Shown piece by piece: positions 1-8,492 of a stretch of DNA of 46,806 bases (within the stretch, counting starts at the first letter, position 1; the number at the start of each line of letters is the position of its first letter). This DNA is from Parachlamydiales bacterium. GTDB lineage: Bacteria > Chlamydiota > Chlamydiia > Chlamydiales > Parachlamydiaceae. Where the stretch lies: assembly GCA_020051075.1 (NCBI GenBank), contig JAGVJP010000116.1, positions 1 to 46,806 on the forward strand, given 5' to 3'. A program made the translations under genes and the position numbers. The notes under the pieces were generated by a model, which saw only the letters and a list, made by a program, of their open reading frames with translations, did not search any database and was not told the DNA's origin.

Positions 1-510
1 CGTTCAAAAACAAAGCTTGGGTTAGATGTTGCAACAATTGGCGCTGCAGGATATTCTCTAGCAAAGGCTGGTGTAAAAGCCGGGTCTGTTGCATACCGAG
101 CGTTAAATTCGGTAAAAAAGGCGACCCCTTGTCAGCGCCCTCTGGCTGCAGCCACCGAGTCTCTAGACTTAACAGGCTTAGGGAAAACAACCTCTATTGT
201 AAGAAACGAAGTTTTTTCATTAGATCAATTATCTAAGGCTGGGCAAGTGATGGATCGGGGAGGACTAACTAGGGCTGGTCGTGCTCTGGTTAAGCATGGG
301 GATCGCTCTGGTAGTGCATTTCCTCAAGTAAAAGGAAGTCTTGCAAGTAAAAATAGCCAAGGACAATTCCATCTGGATGACATTTTGACACATCCACAAG
401 GATACACAAAACCAAATAGGTTTGGTGGTGTAGATTATTATAGGCCTGATGGAAGTGGTGCTCGTTTTTATAGTGATGGAAGATTTCGTGGATTTTTGGA
501 GCCAAGTTAA
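1..510 (+). CDS. C-terminal part of a polymorphic (Rhs-type) toxin, 5'-truncated by the window edge
   Basis: Frame 1 is open from base 1 to TAA at 508-510. It encodes an Ala/Gly-rich linker, then a toxin-like domain (AGRALVKHGDR...GARFYSDGRFRGFLEP). It is followed directly by a small acidic ORF, and shares the linker AATESLDLTGLGKTT with the downstream Rhs tip. Confidence 0.7.
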   Translation, partial: RSKTKLGLDVATIGAAGYSLAKAGVKAGSVAYRALNSVKKATPCQRPLAAATESLDLTGLGKTTSIVRNEVFSLDQLSKAGQVMDRGGLTRAGRALVKHGDRSGSAFPQVKGSLASKNSQGQFHLDDILTHPQGYTKPNRFGGVDYYRPDGSGARFYSDGRFRGFLEPS

Positions 511-511
511 T

Positions 512-772
512 ATGAATGAAGTTAATCTGGAATATAGTGTCGGTAGTGATGATGATTTTGAAGATCTAGTGGCTGATATTGGATTTGGAGATCAACTTGT
601 AGCACTTCTTACGCAAGAAAAAGGTGTAGAAAATATGAGAATCCGAATTTACAAATCAAAAGAAATGGAATTTTGGGATTTCAGGTTAGATGATTTTGAG
701 AAAATCATCCATCGCGCAAAAACACGTCTATTAGAATTGAAAAAAACATCCGAAAATCCTCCCTCTGAATAA
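512..772 (+). CDS. Putative cognate immunity protein (86 aa)
   Basis: ATG lies 1 nt after the toxin stop. Small acidic protein (SDDDFEDLVADI) in the typical toxin-immunity arrangement. The last codons come from a repeat element. Confidence 0.7.
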   Translation: MNEVNLEYSVGSDDDFEDLVADIGFGDQLVALLTQEKGVENMRIRIYKSKEMEFWDFRLDDFEKIIHRAKTRLLELKKTSENPPSE

Positions 773-846
773 CAACTATCTTGTCCTATCTCCTATCCTG
801 CTAATTTTACAGGATGAGGAGGATAGGAAAGATAGGGGAAGGATAG
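757..846. repeat. Palindromic AGGATAG-family repeat (family A)
   Basis: tcctccctctgaataaca...cctatcctgctaattttacaggatgaggaggataggaaagatagg is near-identical to 43922-44013 and is internally self-complementary. Confidence 0.85.
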
Positions 847-1685
847 AAATCGGACCCAACCGCTACGCCTACATCCACAACAACCCACTCATTCTCTACG
901 ACCGCTATGGACTCTTTGCAGAACAGGATACTCCATTTACAAATGTTTATCCTCGCTATGCGTATGGTTTGCACAATCCTGCCGAAATGGTTGAGGCTGG
1001 TTTTAACGTTTTTTGGAATACCGGTAAGGAAGTCATGAGTAATCCTCATGTATATGGTTCGATGCAAGCTTTCGGAGGGTTGGTAGAAGCGGGCATCGGT
1101 GCTGGAATGACAATGGCTACATCTGGGTGTGCAGTACCTCTTGGTTGGCCTATCATGGGTCATGGTCTAGATCACTTTTTCACTGGGATGAATACAGCAT
1201 TATCAGGTTGGCCAAAACAAACCGTAACATCCCATCTCTTACCACAAACTGGAATTTCTCCTCAGAACGCAAATTTAGTTGATAATGGAATTAGCATTTT
1301 TGCTACTTTAGGAGGTGCTACCTATCTAAAGGTTGCACAGGCAGCGGCGATTGAATCAGTAGACTTAGCAGGCTTAGCAAGGACGACCACTAACGCAGAA
1401 ACCATAGATCCTTTTGTTAGAAGTTTTGATAAGTTGAAGGTTTTGGAAGCAGAAAAGATGATCAAAGCCTATTTAGGGGAAAATTCACTATTAATAAGAA
1501 ACCAAGCTCAAGATTTAGTATTGATTTCCCAGGATAGATTAAGAAAGGTCCGCTTTGATTTTAACAATCCGAAGCCCCATAACAATCCACATATGTACGT
1601 GGAGCAAATCAAAGGAAGTAAATGGAAAGATTCTGGTCAAATCTACCCAGCAGATGTACCACACAACCAATTAAAAGGTATTTGA
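846..1685 (+). pseudogene. Orphan Rhs C-terminal tip (toxin cassette lacking the Rhs core)
   Basis: In frame upstream of the 969 ORF is EIGPNRYAYIHNNPLILYDRYGL, a variant of the Rhs-core terminal GPNxYxYxxNNPxxxxDPxGL motif. It is followed by a hydrophobic region and a His-containing putative nuclease domain (RKVRFDFNNPKPHNNPH). There is no in-frame ATG ahead of the core motif. Confidence 0.75.
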
Positions 1686-1686
1686 G

Positions 1687-1926
1687 ATGGATATTTTAGA
1701 TGATGAATCCGATAAAAAGCTTAATAATATTTCTTTGTTTTTAACTAACAATGAAGCTTTACATCTAATAGGTTATTTAGAGCAGCTTCTCGAAGGTAAA
1801 AGCGGTGATCACTCGCATCTGATGAGCGAAGATTATAAAAAAGAAATTACAGTTTGTTTATATAACTCTGAAAATACAAAAAACTTACATCCTAGAATTC
1901 AAAAATTAATAACCAATGATGAATAA
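1687..1926 (+). CDS. Putative immunity protein (79 aa, HxH motif)
   Basis: Starts 1 nt after the toxin-tip stop. Small acidic protein containing GDHSHL. Confidence 0.7.
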   Translation: MDILDDESDKKLNNISLFLTNNEALHLIGYLEQLLEGKSGDHSHLMSEDYKKEITVCLYNSENTKNLHPRIQKLITNDE

Positions 1927-1999
1927 ATAAGAAAAGTAAGTCCTCAATGATTTGTCAGATGCATGGGTCAGGTCATTGCATGGCAAAGGAGTAGTTCTT

Positions 2000-2431
2000 T
2001 TAGACGACTTTTAATAATCGATGTTCGTAGGGATTTGCTGCCAGTAACAGCTTCTCATATTGATCTAAAGAGATTCTAATCCTGCCTTTTTCATATTGAG
2101 CATAGGAATTTGGAGATTTTGAGCTGAGGCGTTCTGATGCTTCGCGAACTGTCAACCCGCTTTTTTCCCTTTGCTTTCTAAGAGAGAGAGCAAGCAACAA
2201 TTTATTATTGTTAGAGGCTATGCCAATCATAGATTTTTTGTAATCATTGACGGTTAACTCAAATCCATTCATTTCGGATTCAAAATAGTATTTGATGTAC
2301 TCCATGATCGCATCTCGAATCATAAATAACGCATCATCCCTCGTTTTCCCTTGAGTCATGATATTCAAACAGGAAACCTCAACAAGCCAATGCTCTTTAC
2401 TTTTCCAAATTTTTCCTTCTAACTCCATCAT
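2000..2431 (-). CDS. hicB: HicB-family antitoxin with C-terminal HTH
   Basis: N-terminal WLVEV..LNIMTQGKTRDDALFMIRDAI is the HicB signature. C-terminal XRE-HTH (REKSGLTVREASERL...YAQYEKG). Adjacent to a hicA remnant. Confidence 0.85.
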   Translation of the reverse strand: MMELEGKIWKSKEHWLVEVSCLNIMTQGKTRDDALFMIRDAIMEYIKYYFESEMNGFELTVNDYKKSMIGIASNNNKLLLALSLRKQREKSGLTVREASERLSSKSPNSYAQYEKGRIRISLDQYEKLLLAANPYEHRLLKVV

Positions 2432-2624
2432 TTACCTCTTCCCTTCACCGGGATATTTTTCCGCTTCATGTATTATGCTTTTAGCCAGGAATTCGTTTAT
2501 CTCAGCACGCCTTGGTATTTGGTTAGTGACCTTCCCATTTGTCCATATATCCATGATTTCCACCATGACGATCTAACCACCAGCCAGCTTGTTTTAGCTT
2601 TTTCTCTAGATCTTTCTTTTTCAT
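2432..2624 (-). pseudogene. hicA: HicA mRNA interferase with a +1 frameshift
   Basis: Reads MKKKDLEKKLKQAGWWLDRHGGNH, then an extra base at about 2551. The shifted frame continues DIWTNGKVTNQIPRRAEINEFLAKSII...stop, abutting the hicB ATG. Length is 193 nt = 64 codons + 1. Confidence 0.85.
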
Positions 2625-2643
2625 CTAATTTCTATCTACCTTA

Positions 2644-2672
2644 ATTATACATAAACGTATGTACAAAATCAA
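2644..2672 (-). promoter_or_regulatory. hicAB promoter with operator palindrome
   Basis: Minus-strand TTGATT-17 nt-TATAAT. The inverted repeat TACATA-aacg-TATGTA (2648-2663) lies across the spacer and -10 box, as expected for HicB autorepression. Confidence 0.55.
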
Positions 2673-2779
2673 ATATTTTCTGTTTCTCTTTCAGTTATCT
2701 CTTCTCAGCGAAAAATGATCTTTCACAACATCTTGTATAAACGATCGAAATGATTTATGGGAATGTAAAATTTCAATCT

Positions 2780-4766
2780 TTGCGCCTTTGGATACACTTG
2801 GAACATTCTTTTGATCTCTTTAGTTGTGAGGTACTAAATATGTAAATTACACATTCTACATAAAGTTGCGCGATAGCGTAGGGTATGGTAACAAACTATG
2901 CGAAATATTGCGGTCACATAGTGGCGAAGAGTGGGGATAACACTCTGACGACGAAGATGTGAGCTCTAATGAAAGTGAATTCGTTTCGGCCTCGTGACGC
3001 TAATTGTCGTTGGTCAACCTGCCGGAGGTGGTGAAACCTGCTATCTATGATGAAGTAATGTGTAAAAGCAATCATAGGAACGACCGGGGTGGTAGGAAAG
3101 AGCGCGCATCGAAAGATCAAAAGGGGAAACCCAAGGAGACCCGATAGTTAGGTCGAACCTAAATTCTTTATGGGAATCAATAACCATAAAGGAGGCTAGT
3201 CGGGAGTCTGAGAGGTTCGTAGTAGCAAAGAAGTGGTTGTAATGATCATGGAGCGAAGGGACCTTACCATAAAATATTTGTTTCAAACAAGAACGGGAGG
3301 ACCGATTGTCTATGACTAATAGGGAAGAAAGATATTTAAACCTAGGTATTGACTTTGGGTTAAGTTCAATGAAAGTCGAACGTTTAAGAGAGAAACTGGG
3401 CACGAAAGCCAAACAAGAGAAGAACTTTAAGTTCTACTCGCTTTATGGGCACATAAGTAACATGAATGTGCTCAAAGTAGCATGGAATGGAGTCCGAGAA
3501 AACAAAGGATCTTCAGGAGTCGATGGAGTAACTATCGAATCCCTAGACACTGAGGAAAAGATAAATGAATTTCTTACACAGATTCAAACAGATCTTCAGG
3601 ACAAAACATACAAACCTCTTCCAGTAAAAAGGGTATATATACCCAAAGCAAACGGTAAATTAAGACCACTCGGTATTCCTTGTTTAAAGGATAGAGTGAT
3701 ACAAACAGCCGCATGCTTAATACTAGAACCTATATTTGAGGCAGATTTTTTAGACTGCTCATACGGATTTAGACCTGGAAGATCCCAACATCAAGCATTA
3801 AAAGCCATCCAGCAAGCAATAAAAGCAGGGATGACGAGTGCGTATGATGCAGATATGAAAGCATATTTTGACACTATTCCACATGATAAATTAATGAAAT
3901 GCGTCGAAATGAGAGTGGCAGATGGTAACGTCTTAAAACTCATTAAGATGTGGCTTAAATCAACAGTGTACGAGAGAAATGATAAAGGAAAAGGGATCAA
4001 GATTACACATCCAAAAGAAGGATGCCCTCAAGGGGGGTCTATATCGCCATTACTTTCGAATATCTATCTACACTGGTTCGAAAAGGCTTTTCACAAAACC
4101 ATATCAGCAAAAACAGGTATAGCAAAATTAGTAAGGTTTGCAGATGACTTTGTCATATTAGCAAAAGAAATAAAAGCTAAATGTTGCCGATTCGTGGAAG
4201 AAAAGATTGAAGGATGGCTTGGTCTTACCATAAATAAGGAAAAGACAAAAGTCATTGATCTCAAGCAAGGAGATGAACTCAATTTTCTTGGGTATGTCTT
4301 TAGATATCATGACGATCTAATGGGAAGGAGACACAAATATCTACATATGGGAGCATCCAAAAAGGCCATAGATAAAGAAATGGAAGCTTTGAGAGAGTTA
4401 ACAGGTAAAGAATACTGTTATCTTCCAATCCCAGAATTGATCGAGAAAATAAACGAACAATTAAGAGGATGGAAGGAATACTTCTCGAAGGGATACCCAA
4501 GGATGGCATATCGTAAAATAAACTGGTATGCAAGGGAATGTATAGTCAACCATCTACGAAAGCGGAGCCAAAGACATTATAAACCCCCCGAAGGGGTTAG
4601 CTATTACAAACATGTGTATCAGCTGGGATTAATATACTTATGATGTGTAAACAACTCATTGATAATGCGATCAGGGCTAAGAGTTTTGTGGGAAAGCCGT
4701 GAACGGGAAATCCGTACATACGGTTTGACGAGGGAGAAGGCGGATACCCCCCTTCTCTACTCTAAC
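2780..4766 (+). mobile_element. Group II intron (IIB-like) with intron-encoded RT
   Basis: 5' UUGCG at 2780. The domain I closing helix pairs 2806-2816 (ttcttttgatc) with 3115-3125 (gatcaaaaggg). The hairpin loop ttacacatt (2847-2855) is complementary to aatgtgtaa (3057-3065), alpha-alpha'-like. A DIII-like segment lies at about 3212-3265. DV (aagccgtgaacgggaaatccgtacatacggttt, about 4695-4727) has the AGC triad. DVI has a bulged A at 4759 and an RAY (AAC) end at 4766. Confidence 0.85.
3306..4643 (+). CDS. ltrA: Group II intron reverse transcriptase/maturase (no endonuclease domain)
   Basis: Contains RT0 (AWNGVRENKGSSGVDG), YIPKANGKLRPLGIP, SYGFRPGRS, GCPQGGSISPLLSNIYL, the FADD catalytic motif and the maturase X domain (LRGWKEYF). 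No HNH domain. Real start may be ATG 3312 or 3369. Confidence 0.95.
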   Translation: MSMTNREERYLNLGIDFGLSSMKVERLREKLGTKAKQEKNFKFYSLYGHISNMNVLKVAWNGVRENKGSSGVDGVTIESLDTEEKINEFLTQIQTDLQDKTYKPLPVKRVYIPKANGKLRPLGIPCLKDRVIQTAACLILEPIFEADFLDCSYGFRPGRSQHQALKAIQQAIKAGMTSAYDADMKAYFDTIPHDKLMKCVEMRVADGNVLKLIKMWLKSTVYERNDKGKGIKITHPKEGCPQGGSISPLLSNIYLHWFEKAFHKTISAKTGIAKLVRFADDFVILAKEIKAKCCRFVEEKIEGWLGLTINKEKTKVIDLKQGDELNFLGYVFRYHDDLMGRRHKYLHMGASKKAIDKEMEALRELTGKEYCYLPIPELIEKINEQLRGWKEYFSKGYPRMAYRKINWYARECIVNHLRKRSQRHYKPPEGVSYYKHVYQLGLIYL

Positions 4767-4850
4767 GTCTTCTTTGCTTCTTTGCGTTAAAAAAAGGGGA
4801 GTATCTGAGCAGCTAAAAAAATACAATGTCAGAATGTGGCAGATGTCCCG

Positions 4851-7800
4851 CTAGGGAACAAGTTTGCTTTTCAGCAGGGCGAGCACTTTGGTTTCTAGTT
4901 CTGCGGGGGTTTTATAGCGGGGAGCGAGAACTTTGTAGATGGTGGTCTCTTTCCCTTTCTTTTTTTCAATGACCAGCGATATTTTCTCCTGCTTGATGAG
5001 GATGAATCCGTTGCAAGCAGCAAAAGCCTTGATTCGAGTGAGGTGGTAGAGCCACAATGCTGCTTCTGGAGCAGGTCCAAAACGGTCTTGCAGCTCGATC
5101 CATATCGTTTCGACTTCATCAGCTGAGATCGCCTCACCAAGCCTCTGGTAGAACTCCATTCGCAAGCTCACTTCGTTGATGTAGGTTTCCGGAAGCCTTG
5201 CATCGACAGGGAATTCCACTTTGGTGTCTGTGAGGATGCTGGGGATTTCCCCTTGAAGGGTTTTTATCGTTCGCTTCAGCAGTTTGCAGTAGAGATGGAA
5301 TCCGATCGACGACACATGGCCTGACTGTTCTAATCCGAGGATGTCGCCGGCTCCACGGATCTCGAGATCGCGCATGGCGACTTTCATCCCGCCGCCATAT
5401 CCCCCTGCTTCAACTAAGGCGAGGAGTCGTTTTCGAGGAATCTCCGTGAGAGTTTTTTGGTTAGGGACTAAGAAGTAAGCATAAGCGCGCCGGTTCCATC
5501 GGCCAACCCTGCCGCGGAGCTGATAGAGCGAGGCGAGGCCGAACTGGTCGGCCCGGTCGATGAGGATCGTGTTGGCATTGGGAATATCGATCCCGTTTTC
5601 TACAATCGTTGTCGCAATTAAAATATCAGCATCGCCCTTCTTAAAAGTGTGGAAGGTGGCGTCGATTTCATCTGGATCCATCTGTCCATGCGCCACTAAA
5701 ACTCTAGCTTGGGGGAGAAGTTCTTTGATGTGGGAGGAGACGCCGTAGATGGACTCAACTCTATTGTGGATGACAAAAGCCTGTCCATCTCTTGCCAGTT
5801 CTCTCAACAACGCACTTTTGATGGTCTGATCGTTTTTGTCAGCGATGATTGTTTTGATGGGTAAACGGTCCTGGGGAGGCGTGTTGATGACTGACATGTC
5901 TCTAGCCCCTATTAAAGACATGTACAACGTTCTAGGGATAGGTGTCGCAGAAAGGGTGAGGCAGTCGACATTGACCCGGATTTTCTTGAGATGCTCTTTT
6001 GCCTTCACCCCAAACCGCTGCTCCTCATCGATGATGACGAGTCCGAGGTCTTTGAATTTCACATCTTCGCTGATGATCCGATGTGTTCCGATGACGATGT
6101 CGACAGAGCCGGCAGCGATCCCTTCAAGGCTCTCCCGGATCTGTTTTGGGCTGCGAAAACGCGATAGAACAGCGATGTTGATGGGGAAATTGCTGAATCG
6201 ATCAACAAAGTTGTCGAAATGCTGCATTGCCAGCACTGTCGTAGGAACTAGGACGGCAACTTGCTTCCTTCCATCAACGACGGCTTTGAATGCTGCCCTC
6301 ATGGCGACTTCGGTTTTACCGTATCCAACATCGCCGCATATTAAACGGTCCATCGCATTGCTAGAGACCATATCTTGTTTGATGCTCTCTATGGCTGCAA
6401 GCTGGTCTTCAGTTTCAGTAAATGGGAACTCTTCTTCGAAGGAGAGTTGGTCCGGGCTATCATGGGGAAAGGTAAATCCCCCTTTTATGGATCGTTGAGC
6501 GTAGCTTTTGAGGAGCTCTGAGGCATACCCTAAAATGGCTCTTTCTGTGTGTTCTTTTGTCTTCTTCCACTTATTGCTCCCTAAGGTGTGCAGGCGGGGA
6601 ATTTCTTCATGGGAGCCGACGTATTTAGTGATCAGATGGGCTTGATTGAGAGGAACGTAGAGTTTTGAACTTTCAGCATATTCTATCGTAAAAAATTCAC
6701 TCGGAATTCCCAAATGATTCGACCGATTTTCGATGCCGAGATACTTCCCGATGCCATTGTTGAGATGAACGACGAGTTCGCCAGGGATAAGATCGTACGT
6801 TTCGATGGGAGAGGAATGATAGGTGCTGCGGAGTTTCTGGCGGCGCATCTTATAACGATGGGTGAGTTCCGTTAATGGAAACAAGACAAAGTTGATGTCT
6901 TCGATGAAAAGTCCGCCAGAGAGATAGCCGATATGGTAAGAGGTGTTTTTGGGGAGCTTTGCTTTAATGTCAAGAAGCCGCTGATGAAAATTAGATTCTT
7001 CCAATTCGCTTGGGCAAAGAAAATAGAGCTCGCATTCTTCTCGGGGGAGGATAGACAGCCGATTGAAAATATCGTCGCTGGAAGGCTCTTCTTCATCACC
7101 CGGAAATAGTAAGCCTGTAATCGTATTGAAAGGGTGTCTCCAGCAGCTGACTTTCCATGATCGGTTAAACATCTCAAAAGAGAGTCGATGAAATGGGTCT
7201 GATTGAGAATAATACCCGCGTCCTTTTTTCTCTATTTCGACAGACCCAAGCTCTTCAATCGGGTGGTGCGACCAGAACATCTTCTGATAGTTATCTAAAC
7301 GGTCCATGAAATCTTCAATCGAGCTGAATCCAGGCCCTTTTCCCCCCATGCTGACTAATGAGGCATATCGATCTTCTAAGGCGAGGAGGTCGTCAAAAAT
7401 CACTAGAGTGTTATCCCCAAGATAATCCAGGATGGAAGCTTGCTGGGATTGCGCGTTGAGAAGCTCCAGTTCTACTCCAGGGGGGATGTCGACCTGTTCT
7501 ACTGGAGAGATCGATATCTGGCCAACGGGATCATAGATCCTCATCGACTCCAGGTCGTCTCCCCAGAATTCGAGGCGGTATGGATCGGGAGAGGAGACAG
7601 GAAAGATGTCAATGATGCCCCCTCTGACAGCAAATTCCCCTTTGTCAGAAGCGACAGGACGCCGTTGATAGCCCATTGAAAGTAAATTTTGGATGAGAAC
7701 GTCGAAGGGAGGGCTGACCCCTTGTCGTAAAGTGAGGTAGAGTGTGTTAAATAGTGTTGGAAGGATCAACTTCTGCAGGCAGGCTTGCAGGCTGGATAAA

Positions 7801-8174
7801 ATGATATAAGGCGTTTTGGCTTGCGAGAGCTGTTTTAAAACTTGATATCGCTCACCGACGATGTCAGGGCTGGGAGGAATATTCTCCGACGGCAATGTTT
7901 CCCACGAAGGAAAATCGACAACGGTGCGGTCAGTGAACAGGGTAAAATCGTGGAATAATCGGATTTCTTCTTGGCTGGCGCCCGTCAAGATGAGGAGATG
8001 CTTCCCTGTTGCCTGTTGCGCAAGCGCAGCAACAAGGGCTTTTGGGGAATTCCATAGCTCCTCTACCAAGATTGTCTCTTGTTGATTTAGAGCTTCCTCA
8101 AGCTTCTGGAGGCGTTCACTTCTTAGTAATTTCTCTAACATATCAATTTTCCGTGAATACAAAAAAACAGGCAC
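4851..8174 (-). CDS. mfd: Transcription-repair coupling factor
   Basis: UvrB-like N-terminal module (GEFAVRGGIIDIFP), RID, RecG-like helicase motifs (GDVGYGKTEVA, DEEQRFG, SATPIPRT, QLRGRVGR) and a TRCF C-terminus. Likely start is ATG 8141. Confidence 0.97.
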   Translation of the reverse strand: MPVFLYSRKIDMLEKLLRSERLQKLEEALNQQETILVEELWNSPKALVAALAQQATGKHLLILTGASQEEIRLFHDFTLFTDRTVVDFPSWETLPSENIPPSPDIVGERYQVLKQLSQAKTPYIILSSLQACLQKLILPTLFNTLYLTLRQGVSPPFDVLIQNLLSMGYQRRPVASDKGEFAVRGGIIDIFPVSSPDPYRLEFWGDDLESMRIYDPVGQISISPVEQVDIPPGVELELLNAQSQQASILDYLGDNTLVIFDDLLALEDRYASLVSMGGKGPGFSSIEDFMDRLDNYQKMFWSHHPIEELGSVEIEKKGRGYYSQSDPFHRLSFEMFNRSWKVSCWRHPFNTITGLLFPGDEEEPSSDDIFNRLSILPREECELYFLCPSELEESNFHQRLLDIKAKLPKNTSYHIGYLSGGLFIEDINFVLFPLTELTHRYKMRRQKLRSTYHSSPIETYDLIPGELVVHLNNGIGKYLGIENRSNHLGIPSEFFTIEYAESSKLYVPLNQAHLITKYVGSHEEIPRLHTLGSNKWKKTKEHTERAILGYASELLKSYAQRSIKGGFTFPHDSPDQLSFEEEFPFTETEDQLAAIESIKQDMVSSNAMDRLICGDVGYGKTEVAMRAAFKAVVDGRKQVAVLVPTTVLAMQHFDNFVDRFSNFPINIAVLSRFRSPKQIRESLEGIAAGSVDIVIGTHRIISEDVKFKDLGLVIIDEEQRFGVKAKEHLKKIRVNVDCLTLSATPIPRTLYMSLIGARDMSVINTPPQDRLPIKTIIADKNDQTIKSALLRELARDGQAFVIHNRVESIYGVSSHIKELLPQARVLVAHGQMDPDEIDATFHTFKKGDADILIATTIVENGIDIPNANTILIDRADQFGLASLYQLRGRVGRWNRRAYAYFLVPNQKTLTEIPRKRLLALVEAGGYGGGMKVAMRDLEIRGAGDILGLEQSGHVSSIGFHLYCKLLKRTIKTLQGEIPSILTDTKVEFPVDARLPETYINEVSLRMEFYQRLGEAISADEVETIWIELQDRFGPAPEAALWLYHLTRIKAFAACNGFILIKQEKISLVIEKKKGKETTIYKVLAPRYKTPAELETKVLALLKSKLVP

Positions 8175-8208
8175 AAGACCGCAATCACAACATTACACGA
8201 TTAGCAGC

Positions 8209-8435
8209 AAAAACAGGATAAGCAAGATCGCAAGCGGCAGGATAAGCAAGATAGCGAATAATTTTCAGCTAAATAAATGCGCCCTCATCTTTCCCATCCT
8301 GTCAATTTTACAGGATGAGAAGGATAGGAAAGATGGTGATGATAAAAGGAGATAGGCCTTTATTTTATTTGTTTTCTTAAACTTTCCTATCATCTTGCTT
8401 ATCCTGCCGCTTGCGATCCTTCATATCCTGTTTTT
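8209..8435. repeat. Nested inverted repeat (family A) between alaS and mfd
   Basis: Outer arms 8209-8254 and 8392-8435 (aaaaacaggata...gatcgcaagcggcaggataagcaagat and its reverse complement) enclose an inner hairpin at 8286-8337. Confidence 0.85.
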
Positions 8436-8492
8436 TTTTATCCTGATTATGGTCTTTATCATCATGTGGAGTGTTGGTGGCATCTTGTGACG

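Noticed and set aside
449..511. Longer 107-aa version of the first immunity ORF
   Set aside because: The extension overlaps the toxin coding end. ATG 512 directly after the toxin stop fits the usual toxin-immunity coupling better.
2866..2870. Second TTGCG as the intron 5' end
   Set aside because: Upstream sequence (2785-2862) pairs with the end of domain I and provides the alpha-like loop, so the intron must begin earlier, at 2780. The apparent EBS1 match (ctttatg at 3166) lies inside a domain II stem.
3306..4643. RT as a retron, DGR, CRISPR-associated or Abi RT
   Set aside because: It has RT0 and maturase X domains and is followed by canonical DV/DVI RNA. No template/variable repeat pair, msr-msd or cas genes are visible.
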